64,000 nucleotides of DNA from Octopus vulgaris (taxonomy: Eukaryota): contig OX597825.1 of assembly GCA_951406725.2 (NCBI GenBank), forward strand, positions 56,482,001 through 56,546,000. The letters run 5' to 3'. Shown in pieces: positions 53,670 to 64,000 of the stretch. Positions within the stretch are counted from its first letter, which is position 1. Every line of letters starts with the position of its first letter. The notes below the pieces were generated by a model, which saw only the letters and a program-made list of their open reading frames with translations, searched no databases and had not been told where the DNA came from. The translations under genes were made by a program, and so were the position numbers.

Positions 53670-53781
53670 GCACTCCGTCGGTTACGATAACAAGAGTTCT
53701 AGTTGATCCGATCAACAAAACAGCCTGCTCGTGAAATTAACGTACAAGTGGTTGAGTACTCCACAGATACGTGTACCCTTA
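53670..53781 (-). mobile_element. Dispersed repeat segment (SINE 3' part)
   Basis: gcactccgtcggttacg...gtactccacagatacgtgtaccctta. Diverged plus-strand copies at ~49180-49300 and ~61440-61545. Confidence 0.65.
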
Positions 53782-53783
53782 TC

Positions 53784-53901
53784 CCGATGAGGGGATATTA
53801 TTAATAAATATCCTAGAAACAGCTGTAAGACCTTCTATCTATAAATGCTCTAATATCTATACACCCTTGGTTTTTTTATCTTATTACGCAAAAAATTCTG
53901 G
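53784..53901 (+). mobile_element. Penelope-like pLTR fragment with a degenerate minimal hammerhead
   Basis: CcGATGA g GGGATATT-loop-AATATCCT a GAAAC-AGCT-GTA; the fragment ends in (TA)n. Confidence 0.6.
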
Positions 53902-53924
53902 TATATATATATATATATCTGTTT

Positions 53925-54099
53925 CTTTTATTTATTTCAGTTACTTTGAATGCGGCCATACTGAATCACCACCTTTCGGGCTTCCTCATAGTTTCCATCT
54001 CTAAAATTCACACACAACGCATTTCCTGAGGTGTGCCACGCAGTAGGACTGAACTCAAAACTGCGTGGTTACGTAGGGAACTTCTTAATCACACAGCCA
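53925..54099 (-). mobile_element. SINE family B, internally deleted
   Basis: tgcggccatactg...gtgccacgcagtaggactgaac...cacacagcca. Confidence 0.75.
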
Positions 54100-55401
54100 T
54101 ATAAACACAAATACTTACACAAACACACACACACACACACGTACACACACACGTACACACGTACACACACACGCACACACACACATATGTATGTCTGTAT
54201 TCTATGCATGTGGGTGTTTATATATTTGTGCGGGCACATAGACATACATTTCTTTATATGTGTATACATACATTTATTTATACATACACACACACATTTC
54301 TAAATACATATGCATGCACGCATGCACGCACGTGTGCGCACACAGGAACACACAAATACTCACAAATACTCACACACACATACACACACATGCACACATG
54401 CACACATGCAAGTATTTCTCTGTTTTGCATTCCGACCAACACTCATCCTCTCTACTCAGTCATACAATTAACTGCCTTCGACGACCTCTCCAAGACATCT
54501 TATATTCTTAACTAAATCGGCTTTTAACAGATTACACTTCTTCGTGGGACCCAAAAGCAATTTTAACCTTTCCTTCACCTTTGACCTTCATACAAAGCTT
54601 ACATTCTGTCACCTAATGAATAACACACACATATATGAACATTGTACATACGTACATCTCTTTCGGCCAATAACATTTTAGCATCTACCGCATCGAGCAC
54701 CCTAGCGCAAATCTAACTTCTCGCTCAGCCACCCACCCAACAACCAACAACACCAGTAGTCAAGCCTCAGATCCCCAGGTCTCAAGTCCCACTTGGAATC
54801 GTTTTCACTAAGTTCGCGTTAATCAAACTCCATAGGGGGAAGAAGAAAGAGTTTCAATTTCTCAACATGCTTCAGTCCACCTACTTACTCTCTAACTACG
54901 AAGCTGCATGTCTACGTAAGAAATCAATAAATTGGCTTCTGTCCAAAATAAAATTTACGAAACAAAAGCGAGATAGTTTCTGTGTTGAGTTATAGATTCT
55001 TTAGTAGGCGAACACCGCTGACCTAGAGGCAAACAAATGGGCAATTTACGACCTCGCGATGTAGCTTCAGTTCATGGTAGTTCTTACTCACAATTTAATG
55101 TATTGTGGATATTCTTAGGAAATTCATAAATACCACTACATCACATTTCCACAATCTCGTTTAAAGAATTTACGCATCGCAGAGTCCCTGAAGACTACAA
55201 TTGGTTAAATGTTTTTTTAAATAGTTTCATAATAGTATACATGTACATATGTTAACTGTGAATGTACGTGTGTATGTGTGTATGTGTATATATATAAATA
55301 AATATATATATATATACACAGAGGAAAGAGCGAGAATGGTAGATATATACATATACAGACACACATACATATTTATTATATATATGTGTGTGGATGTATG
55401 T

Positions 55402-55443
<42 letters not shown>

Positions 55444-55809
55444 TCATACATATATATCACATGCATATGTATGACATAAAATGTGAGAAATACAGATGTA
55501 TGTATGTTTGTGAGTGTGTGCGCGTGCGCAAATGTATGTCAATATTCACTTTATTTCAAGATTTGTGGCTAATAGAGAAAGAGCAGGTTTCTAACCTAGA
55601 TCTATGGCTCCTTAATTGAAATTTCAACATCAACAACAGGGTATTTTTGTTTGTATGTGTGTATGTATGTATGTGTGTGTATATATGTATGTATGTGTAT
55701 GTATATGTATGTATGTGTGTGTATATATATGTATGTATGTGTATGTATATGTATGTATGTATGTATATATATATGTATGTATGTGTGTGTATATATGTAT
55801 GTATGAATA

Positions 55810-56299
55810 TGCATGTATGTATGTTTTATGTATGTATTCTCATGTATATAGTTGCATGCTAGACATGTTCACATATATTTAAATGCTAAACTTCTGGAAA
55901 GTTTTACAGATTTTTTACAGTTCCAGTGATGGATTGGATCTATAGTCTTCGAATTAGCTTTCTGCGTTCTGATTTTGAGAAGCCTAATTTCTCAAGATTG
56001 GTGTTCAGGCAGTGTGTTATATATCCCAGGGCCCAATAATTACAGGTATAAGCCTGAACTTGTAATCTGGATAGAGTAACTGTAGATTTCGCAATAGTTC
56101 AGCATAGGTGTTCTCTTTTTCATTGATCTTCAGTTTTAGGTTAACATCCGCTGGGCAACTAATTTCCACAACTGTCCACAGTTTCTCTTCTCTATCCCAG
56201 ATCATTATATCAGATATGTTGTGCTTACATTTTATTGAGGTCTTCACTGGTACATTCCAGAAGTATTCATTTTTATTATCAGTCGCTATGGCTTCTACC

Positions 56300-56300
<1 letters not shown>
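55810..56300 (-). mobile_element. 3' end of an R4/Dong-like (RLE-type) non-LTR retrotransposon
   Basis: ORF 56017-56301 has WNVPVKT..KCKHN.SDIMIWD...VVEISCPADVN...K.NEKENTY.EL...IPVIIG, a PD-(D/E)xK restriction-like endonuclease. It continues after frameshifts to ...TFQKFSI* (stop at 55879-55881). Flanked by (ATGT)n. Confidence 0.85.
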
Positions 56301-56332
<32 letters not shown>

Positions 56333-56658
56333 TGTATGTATGTATGTATGTATGTATGTATGTATGTATGTATGAATGTGTGTATGTATGCATAAAATTA
56401 TAACTATAAGAAAATTATAGAAAACTGTGAACATCAGCTTGAAATGGACTCACTATAAGTGTAGAATGAAATATTATTAATAATTCTATTGAGAGTGACT
56501 TCGAAGTTACCTCGTTAGTTGGTGTTGTCAGATGGCCGTGAATCAGACGGTGCGAACTGTCACTACTAATAAAATTATTTTTATCGATAGACATATAGAG
56601 ATATATGTAGATATTTCTATACATATTTATATACTACACAGACAGACAGACAGACAGC

Positions 56659-56745
<87 letters not shown>

Positions 56746-59170
56746 TCGTAGTGAACGTGGGTATAATTACTCGAGATTTTGCACATGTGTGTGCGTGCTC
56801 GTGTGTATGTTAGTCTGTGTATGCGTTCGTGACTGTATTTATTTGTGTGCGTTTGTGTGAGTGATTCTCAATGTGTATGTACGAGTACATAGACTGAAAA
56901 CTAAACCCGAAGCCTAAACAATACAGAGTTGTCTGTTACTTGATACTCTTTGCTTGTGACAATCATTGTTACAATTTCCTCTCTTTCTCTTTCTCACCAT
57001 CACTCACTATCTCTCTGTCTCACCCTCTCTCTATCTATTTATTTCTCTCTCTCTCTCGCTATATATCTATCTATCTATTTATCTATTTCTCTATGTCGCC
57101 TCATGCACTAGCTGCCCTCCCTATCAATCTCAGCTAGTCTGATCATCTTCGTTGATATCGACATCGCCTTGGCAAACAATCTCCACAGAACTGCGGTCAT
57201 TAATATGTCTTGCCATGAGATTTCCTAGCAATAAAATGCAAGAAAGCTTTGTATATGTTTGAAATTATTAATACCCAGCAGTAAAACGCATTCATTCATC
57301 ATACTTTCGTCTTTAAATAAACAATTTACTGGGAAAGAAAAACAAGAAACGGATTCATGGCAGTAGCATAAACCGTTAGAAATACTACCAACAGTGGCTG
57401 AGTGAATTTTAGTAATTATAAGAATCTCAGTTTATAGATTCTGTGATTACATTTGACAATTTTTTTAATTTTATTTTTCAGCCTGTAAAGCGAATAGGAA
57501 GATCATCATTCCGGAAGAAAACTAATTTGAAATGGCCACACACGGGCTAATCCGGGAAATTTGAAGCGACTCATCTTTTCGTAATGAAGAAGGAACATGA
57601 AAATGCCAATCTGATATTTTATATTCTTTGTGTAGACAGAAGATTTGATTAGATGTGTGTATATAACTTCACACAGATATACATACATGCATACATACAC
57701 ATACGTACGCAGATATATATGTGTGTGTGTGTACATACATATACATATATAAATATATGTATACATATAAAATAAATTTATTATATATATATACATATGT
57801 ACGTACAAATATATGTGTTTGTGTGTAAATCTGTATGTTTGCGTGTAGAATACGAGTTATTACGTGGGAGGACAGAAACTGAGTAGGTGTGGTTTAGGGT
57901 GTAGGTGTGTGTGTGTGTGTGTGTGTTTGTGTGTTTGTGTGCGTGTATGTATGTATAAATGTGTTTATACGTCCTACGACATGAAGTGTATTTAAGAGGG
58001 TGTTAGTGCATGTGAAAATGGAAAGGAGGGAGAGAGATGGGCAGGGAGGGAGAGTGCGCGAGCATTTTTATAATGAATGTGAGGGTGAGAGAGTATGTGC
58101 TTACGAGTAAGATAGGTGAGACAGTGAGAGAGTACTGGAGTAACTATGTTTGTGAAAAGGAGATACAGGCCTCGTGCATGGCCAGAGTAAATATATAGGA
58201 GTATATAAGAGAAAGAGTATATTCGTGTGTGCAAGGGAGGACGAATTATGTGTGTATCTGTGTGAAAATAAAAGTATCTGCGTGTTTTAAAGAGAGATAT
58301 GAGTGTGTAAGAAGGATGTAGGAGTATGTACGAGAGAAAGAAGGTGTTAATGTACAGCGGAGAAATAAAGTGTATATAATAGAGGGTGCATGTGTGTGTA
58401 TGATAGAAGGAGTGTAATTGTATGTGATTATACGTGATGGTGTGTATGTGTTTTGTATAATATATGTATAGATGGTTTAATCTCTTTCTATATTCGTGTA
58501 TTTACGTTATATGAGTGAATTTACGTTATATGAGTGTATTTACGTATATACCAGTGTGTATCTCTGTTTCCCATGTTTGTCTGCGCATGTATATGTCTGA
58601 ATGGATTGCCTTACCTGCGCATATGTTGAATATGTGTATGTGTGTCAGTATGTATTGCTTGCGTGTGTCTGTTGTGTGTGTGTGTGTGTGTGAGTATGTC
58701 AGCGTGTGTGTGTATGCCAGGGTGTGTATGTGTCAGTGTCAATGCATGGATGTCGATCTCTGAGAATTTGATTGCCATCCTATCTGAGTGGCTGATTGCC
58801 TGGGCGTTTGCGCACATGACAGTGTGTCTGCCTTCTTGTCTGAGTACCTGTTTAACTGTTTAACTGACCGACTGTCTAATTGCTTGAGTTAGTTTCTGAC
58901 TGCTCCACACTGTGACAGCCTAACTTCCCGAGTAATCACGCGACAGCTTAATTATCTGACCCGCTACCTGCTTAGTATTCTCGTGATTGTTTAATCGTGT
59001 AACTCTCTAACTGTCTGAGTGCTCACGTGACTGTTTGACTAAATTACTGACTTCCTGCTGACTTTTGCTTAACTACTTGTCTATCTAACCGACGAACACA
59101 GTCTACACGACTTTCTATTTGTCTCACTGCCTTACACTTCAACAGTCTAAGTCAGTCTGTCTAACAGTCC

Positions 59171-59401
59171 AAAGGCGGCGAACTGGCAGACTCGTTAGCG
59201 CGCCGGGCAAAATGCTTTGCAGTATTTCGTCTGCCGTTACGTTATGAGTTCAAATTCCGCCGATGTCGACTTTGCCTTTCATCCTTTCGGGGTCGATAAA
59301 TTAAGCATCAGTTACGCACTGGGGTCGATGTAATCGACTTAAAACCTATGTGTGTCCTTGTTTGTCCCCTCTATGTTTATCCCCTTGTGGGCAATAAAGA
59401 A
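59171..59401 (+). mobile_element. SINE family A, young full-length copy
   Basis: aaggcggcgaactggcag...ccccttgtgggcaataaagaa; very similar to 21425-21647. Confidence 0.92.
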
Positions 59402-60595
59402 CTGCGTATGTCTCACAGTCCAATTAACTGCATGTATATTTGTCAAATTGTTTATCTAAATGAGACATGTGTCTACCTGACCAATTAATACAGTCTGCAT
59501 GATTTCCTGTTTGTCTGACTGTTTAGCACTTCATAACACTTCAACGGTCTAAGTATGTATGTCTAACAGACCGTATGTCTCACTATAAAATTAACTGTAA
59601 GTATATTTGTCCGTCTAATTGTTTAGCTAAATGATATACCTGTCTATCTCAATTACCCTCAGTCTAGTCATTACTGGTCTTAATATCTCTTTCACTACTT
59701 TGTATTCGGCCTATGTCTGATTGTCTAACCAGCAAATTGACAGTCTGCCTATCTGTTCAATTGACTGACAGCTAACTTGTCTAACGCTGCTTGTTTGTCT
59801 CACACTATTGTGCCTAAGTGCTACCCTCACCAACAGCTTCACTGCCTTTCTAACCTCTTCACTATCTAACTAACAATCTGAATGTTTCCCTCTCTGTATG
59901 TTTTCATATACGGCTACAATCTCAGTCACTCTAACTGTCTGTCTGACCACTTGACTATAACTGGCATTCTATGTAACAGCCAATCTTTTAAACTCTTCCT
60001 TGTCTGTCTATCTGTCTCTCTGTTTGTCTGTCTGTCGTTCTATCACACAACCGGTCTCATTCACTCTCTCACTCACTCACTCACTTACTCATTCACTCAC
60101 TCACTTACTCACTCACTTATTCTCACTTCTTGTCCACTTATCTTCCTACCAGTCTCTCTGGCCGCTTCACTTTCTCACTGTCTATCCATCCTTCTATCCA
60201 CCTTACACTCTATCTCACTGTTTGGATGTCCGACTCTCTGATTGGCCGACTATCTGTTGAAACAAGAAGGCGTGGGGGAGGCTAAGTTCTTATCAGAATG
60301 CTATGATTAGTAGCTACAGCGAAAGTGAAAGTAGAAGAGAGAGAGAGAAAGAGAGAGAGAAAGGGGTAGTCGTTGGTCAGATACGGCAACGGAAAACGTA
60401 ATAACGCTAAATATTATCTCAGGATATTTAATGTGTGTCTACCGTATATAAAGCTTGCTTGCGTTTATTGACCACAGTTATTGAGTGAGATAGCTTTATG
60501 TATCTCTCACTATCTGGACAAATTGATGACCGAAGGGAGAACAAATATTTGTGAGAGATATTTTTGTCAGGTGAACAGTTATTAATAAAACAAGA

Positions 60596-60610
60596 ATAAT
60601 AATAATGATG

Positions 60611-60701
<91 letters not shown>

Positions 60702-60922
60702 TAAAAGCGGACCCAAGCAACAAGGAAGCAAAGTAAAAAAAAAGTATATAAAATATATATAAAACAAACACTGAAGACGTTTTCAGATAATGTCTTTATT
60801 GTTCTTATTCTTGTTGTTGTTGTTGTTATTATCATTGTTGTTGTTGTTGCTGTTGTTTCTGATAACCACGCTTGCTCTGCTGTTGCCTTTGTCATTGATG
60901 TTGTGACCTATGTTATTGTTAG

Positions 60923-60956
<34 letters not shown>

Positions 60957-61150
60957 GGTTTCGTCGTCGATGTTATTCTAGACGTTCTTGCTGTTGTTGA
61001 TGTTTCACTTGCTCTCTTTGGCTATTTGTTGTTGCTGTTGTTGTTTTTGCTGTTGCTGTGGTGGTGGTTGTTGTTGTTGTTGCAGTTGTTGTTGTCGTCG
61101 TCGTCGTCGTCGTCGCTGTTTCGCTGTTGTTGTTGTTGCTGTTCTTGCTG
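60596..61150. repeat. (AAT)n and (GTT)n/(GTC)n microsatellites
   Basis: Direct inspection. Confidence 0.92.
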
Positions 61151-61194
61151 CTACTGTAAAGTCAGAGAATTGGTAAAAAAAATAATAAAGAATA

Positions 61195-61345
61195 AAATCA
61201 TCAGAGCGTCAGACGGAAATTCTTAAGGTATTTATTTTGGTCCTCTGCTCTTCGAGTTCAAATCCGGCGGAGGTCAACTTTTCCTCCCATATGTCTTCGG
61301 AATCGATAAATTAAAAAAAAAAAGAAAAGAAGGCATCCAGTACTA
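61195..61345 (+). mobile_element. SINE family A, diverged
   Basis: cgagttcaaatccggcggaggtcaacttt...tcgataaattaa. Confidence 0.65.
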
Positions 61346-62031
61346 GGTCACTCCTCACTATTCCCTCCCTTTCTATTGTACCTGTGATTCAAACATCTAA
61401 GTCATATAAAATCGTGTCACAAACATTCGATGACACGATTATATTAAGGATACATGGGTCTGCGGAGCACCCAGCCTCTTACAAAATCATTTCACAAGTA
61501 AGAATGACCAAACAACTGAATCCCCATCGTTGGCACCGACGGAGAATTCACAATCATTTCTGTTATTGGCAATATTGGTAGATCACTTACACGTTGTTGC
61601 TGTTCTTATTGTCGTTGCTATTGTTTTTCTTTGTGATGATGATGATGATGATGATGATGATGTTTTTGTTGTTGTTGTTGGTGGTAGTATGTGTGTGTGG
61701 AGGGATGATGTTTCTGTTGCTACAGTTGTAGTTGCTGTCTTCTTCTTCTTCCTATTCTTCTTCTTCTTCTTCTTCTTCTTCCAATCAGGACTCACGCCAT
61801 TAGCCACAAATAATAATCTCTAAGAATGCGTGAGGCAACTTGAAGTTCCACCCACCACACGCGATAGAATGGCGGTTGCACGGGCGCGAAAGCTACGTTG
61901 TTATCCTCATTCCGTAAACGGTGGCTTTTAACGGGTGGAGAGCTGAACCATCCTGGGGTACAGAGGATTCGCAATCTAGACTAGGGTCTGAAAGTTTACC
62001 ACGCCATAGTGGGTTACACCATGGTTCCTCT

Positions 62032-62258
62032 GCTGGCAGATACGTTAGCACGCCGGGCGAAATGCGTAGCCGTATTTCGTCTGCCGTTACGTTCTGAGTT
62101 CAAATTCCGCCGAGGTTGACTTTGCCTTTCATCCTTTCGGGGTCGATTAAATAAGTACCAGTTACGCACTGGGATCGATATAATCGACTTAATCCGTGTG
62201 TCTGTCCTTGTTTGTCCCCTCTGTGTTAAGCCCCTTGTGGGTAGTAAAGAAATAAGAA
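62032..62258 (+). mobile_element. SINE family A, young copy
   Basis: gctggcagatacgttagcacgccgggcgaaatgc...ccccttgtgggtagtaaagaaata. Confidence 0.92.
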
Positions 62259-62259
62259 G

Positions 62260-62453
62260 TAGGAAGAAAGAGTGAGAGAAAGTTGTGGGAAAAAAGTACA
62301 GTGGGGTTCACCCCCACCCCCCACCCCGCCGGAGCCTTGTGGAGCTTAGGTATTTTTGCTCACTAAATACTCACAATACCCGATTTGGGAATTGAAACCG
62401 CGTTCTTACGACCATGAGTCCGCTGACCTAACCACTGGTCCATTGCGCCTCCA
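62260..62453 (-). mobile_element. SINE family D
   Basis: Minus strand ggaggcgcaatggaccagtggttaggtcagcggactc...ggtttcaattccc; homologous to 16026-16177. Confidence 0.8.
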
Positions 62454-63029
62454 CTGTAGTTGTTGATGGTACAACTTGTTAATCCTGCTGCTGTTCTTAT
62501 ATTTGTTTTTGCTATTGTTGTTGTTGTTGTTGTTGCTACAGTTGTTGTTCATAATTGTTATTCCTACAGCTGTTCAATCATCGTTCTTGCTGTAATCGTC
62601 GCTATTGAATCGGTGTTACGCAGTGTCATAAACAATGTTATAGACCAATGAAAGCTGTTTATAGGTGAAGCATCTAAGGAGAAACCTTATGTTAGAAACT
62701 GAGAACACGAAAATTAAATAAACGACCATCACCACCACCACGCTAACACAAACTGGAGAGCTTGCACGCGCGCATGTATATGTACGTGTATGTGCACGCG
62801 CGTGTTTGTGATTGTGCATGTGCGCGCACGTGCGCATGTCATGTCGCAACATGTATACATAACACGAGCTTAAGTAAATGAAATGACACAAAGCTACGAA
62901 AGAATGAAGACGAATCTTTCCAACAAAATAGCTATTTCATTCGATTAAGTAAATTGTTGGTAAAGAATAAGTTTATACAAACCACTCTGAATGCTTAATA
63001 CAAGTAATACAACATATATATATATATAT

Positions 63030-63560
63030 ATATTTTACAGTAAGAAGATTGTAAATGACAGAAAAAAAAACTATAAAATATAATTACTACTTTTTTATGT
63101 TGTAATATTGCATTTGGTGAGATGCAATGCAGGTGTATCAAGCAAGGCCGTAAACATTTCGTAATCATATTTTGGTAAGTTACTATGCAGGTGTATGTGA
63201 CAATAGTTTAAAAGTTCTTATACAGAAGAATAAAGTAGCGTTCAAACATTTCCTGCATTATTCTACGAATAGAGTGACGGCATTCTCTCTATGGAGCAGG
63301 TTAGTAGCAGCTTGAAGCAAATGGTTAAGTGGATGCAAAGGCTTCTACTTATAGGCAGGAAGGGGTTCGTGGTTTTCCTTTAAAGAACGCATCGAAATTC
63401 GGCGGTAAAAATAATTTGGTTGTACCTTGTGAGAATCCTTCGATTGTCGTCACATTTGAAAAGGCTCTCTGCTACGTTATAACGGTAAATTAGATAGAGA
63501 GTGATTACGTGTCTAAATCTGAAAGTACAAGTCACACGTTATTCAAGTAACAACCATGTG
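63030..63560 (-). mobile_element. Possible very decayed Penelope GIY-YIG/pLTR fragment
   Basis: Minus-strand RVTCTF..HVI.. near 63500-63545 and ..FERYFILLYK near 63215-63250. Abuts (TA)n. Confidence 0.3.
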
Positions 63561-64000
63561 GCTGATGTTACATTCGCAAAATAATCAGCAATTGCAGATT
63601 AACGAAAAAGTCACAGTAAATGAATGCAACAACACATACACAACGAATACACACTACACCACACGAGCTTAGACTGCTGCCAGCCCCAACACACTGTAAC
63701 ACAGGCGCGTATACACACACCCAGTTTCACACTCAGTTACAAACACACACATATACATGCACAATCGTACGTGTTTGTAGATGTAAGTAAACAAAATCAA
63801 AAGAAATCTATGTATGTATGCGTGCGTTTGTGTATTAAAAACATAAAGTGACTGTGCTAATCTTGTAGTTCATTTAGTTTACCACCCTGATTTTTTAATA
63901 TATTTTGGGGAGGGATATCTCTTTACCCGTTAATGACAAGTTGTAATAATGAATACGAGGTGATGTTAACAAGTTTTGCATAGCTTTATTTGATAGATCT

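Noticed and set aside
55165-55230. CTGAAGA as a further hammerhead (also 33405 on the plus strand)
   Set aside because: No correctly placed stem II plus GAAA or stems I/III found.

Overview
AT-rich, microsatellite-saturated animal genomic DNA with no supportable host protein-coding gene; almost all ORF-track entries are translations of (TA)n/(CA)n/(GATA)n/trinucleotide repeats. The repeat repertoire suggests an octopus/cephalopod intron or intergenic region (inference). It includes several tRNA-headed SINE families, four decayed Tc1/mariner elements (plus a possible fifth), CR1-like LINE fragments, an R4/Dong-like fragment, Penelope fragments, hAT MITEs and Helitron-like elements. The standout is a ~3.2 kb array at 16299-19476, flanked by (TA)n. 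It has ~6.2 near-identical ~495-bp units, and each complete unit carries an intact type I hammerhead ribozyme on the minus strand. The array ends in an inverted fold-back and is followed by a 222-bp palindrome. This fits a Penelope-dependent, retrozyme-like element that could yield ~495-nt self-cleaved or circular RNAs. Other hammerhead remnants and Penelope GIY-YIG fragments occur elsewhere in the window. All calls were made by eye, with no searches or folding run.
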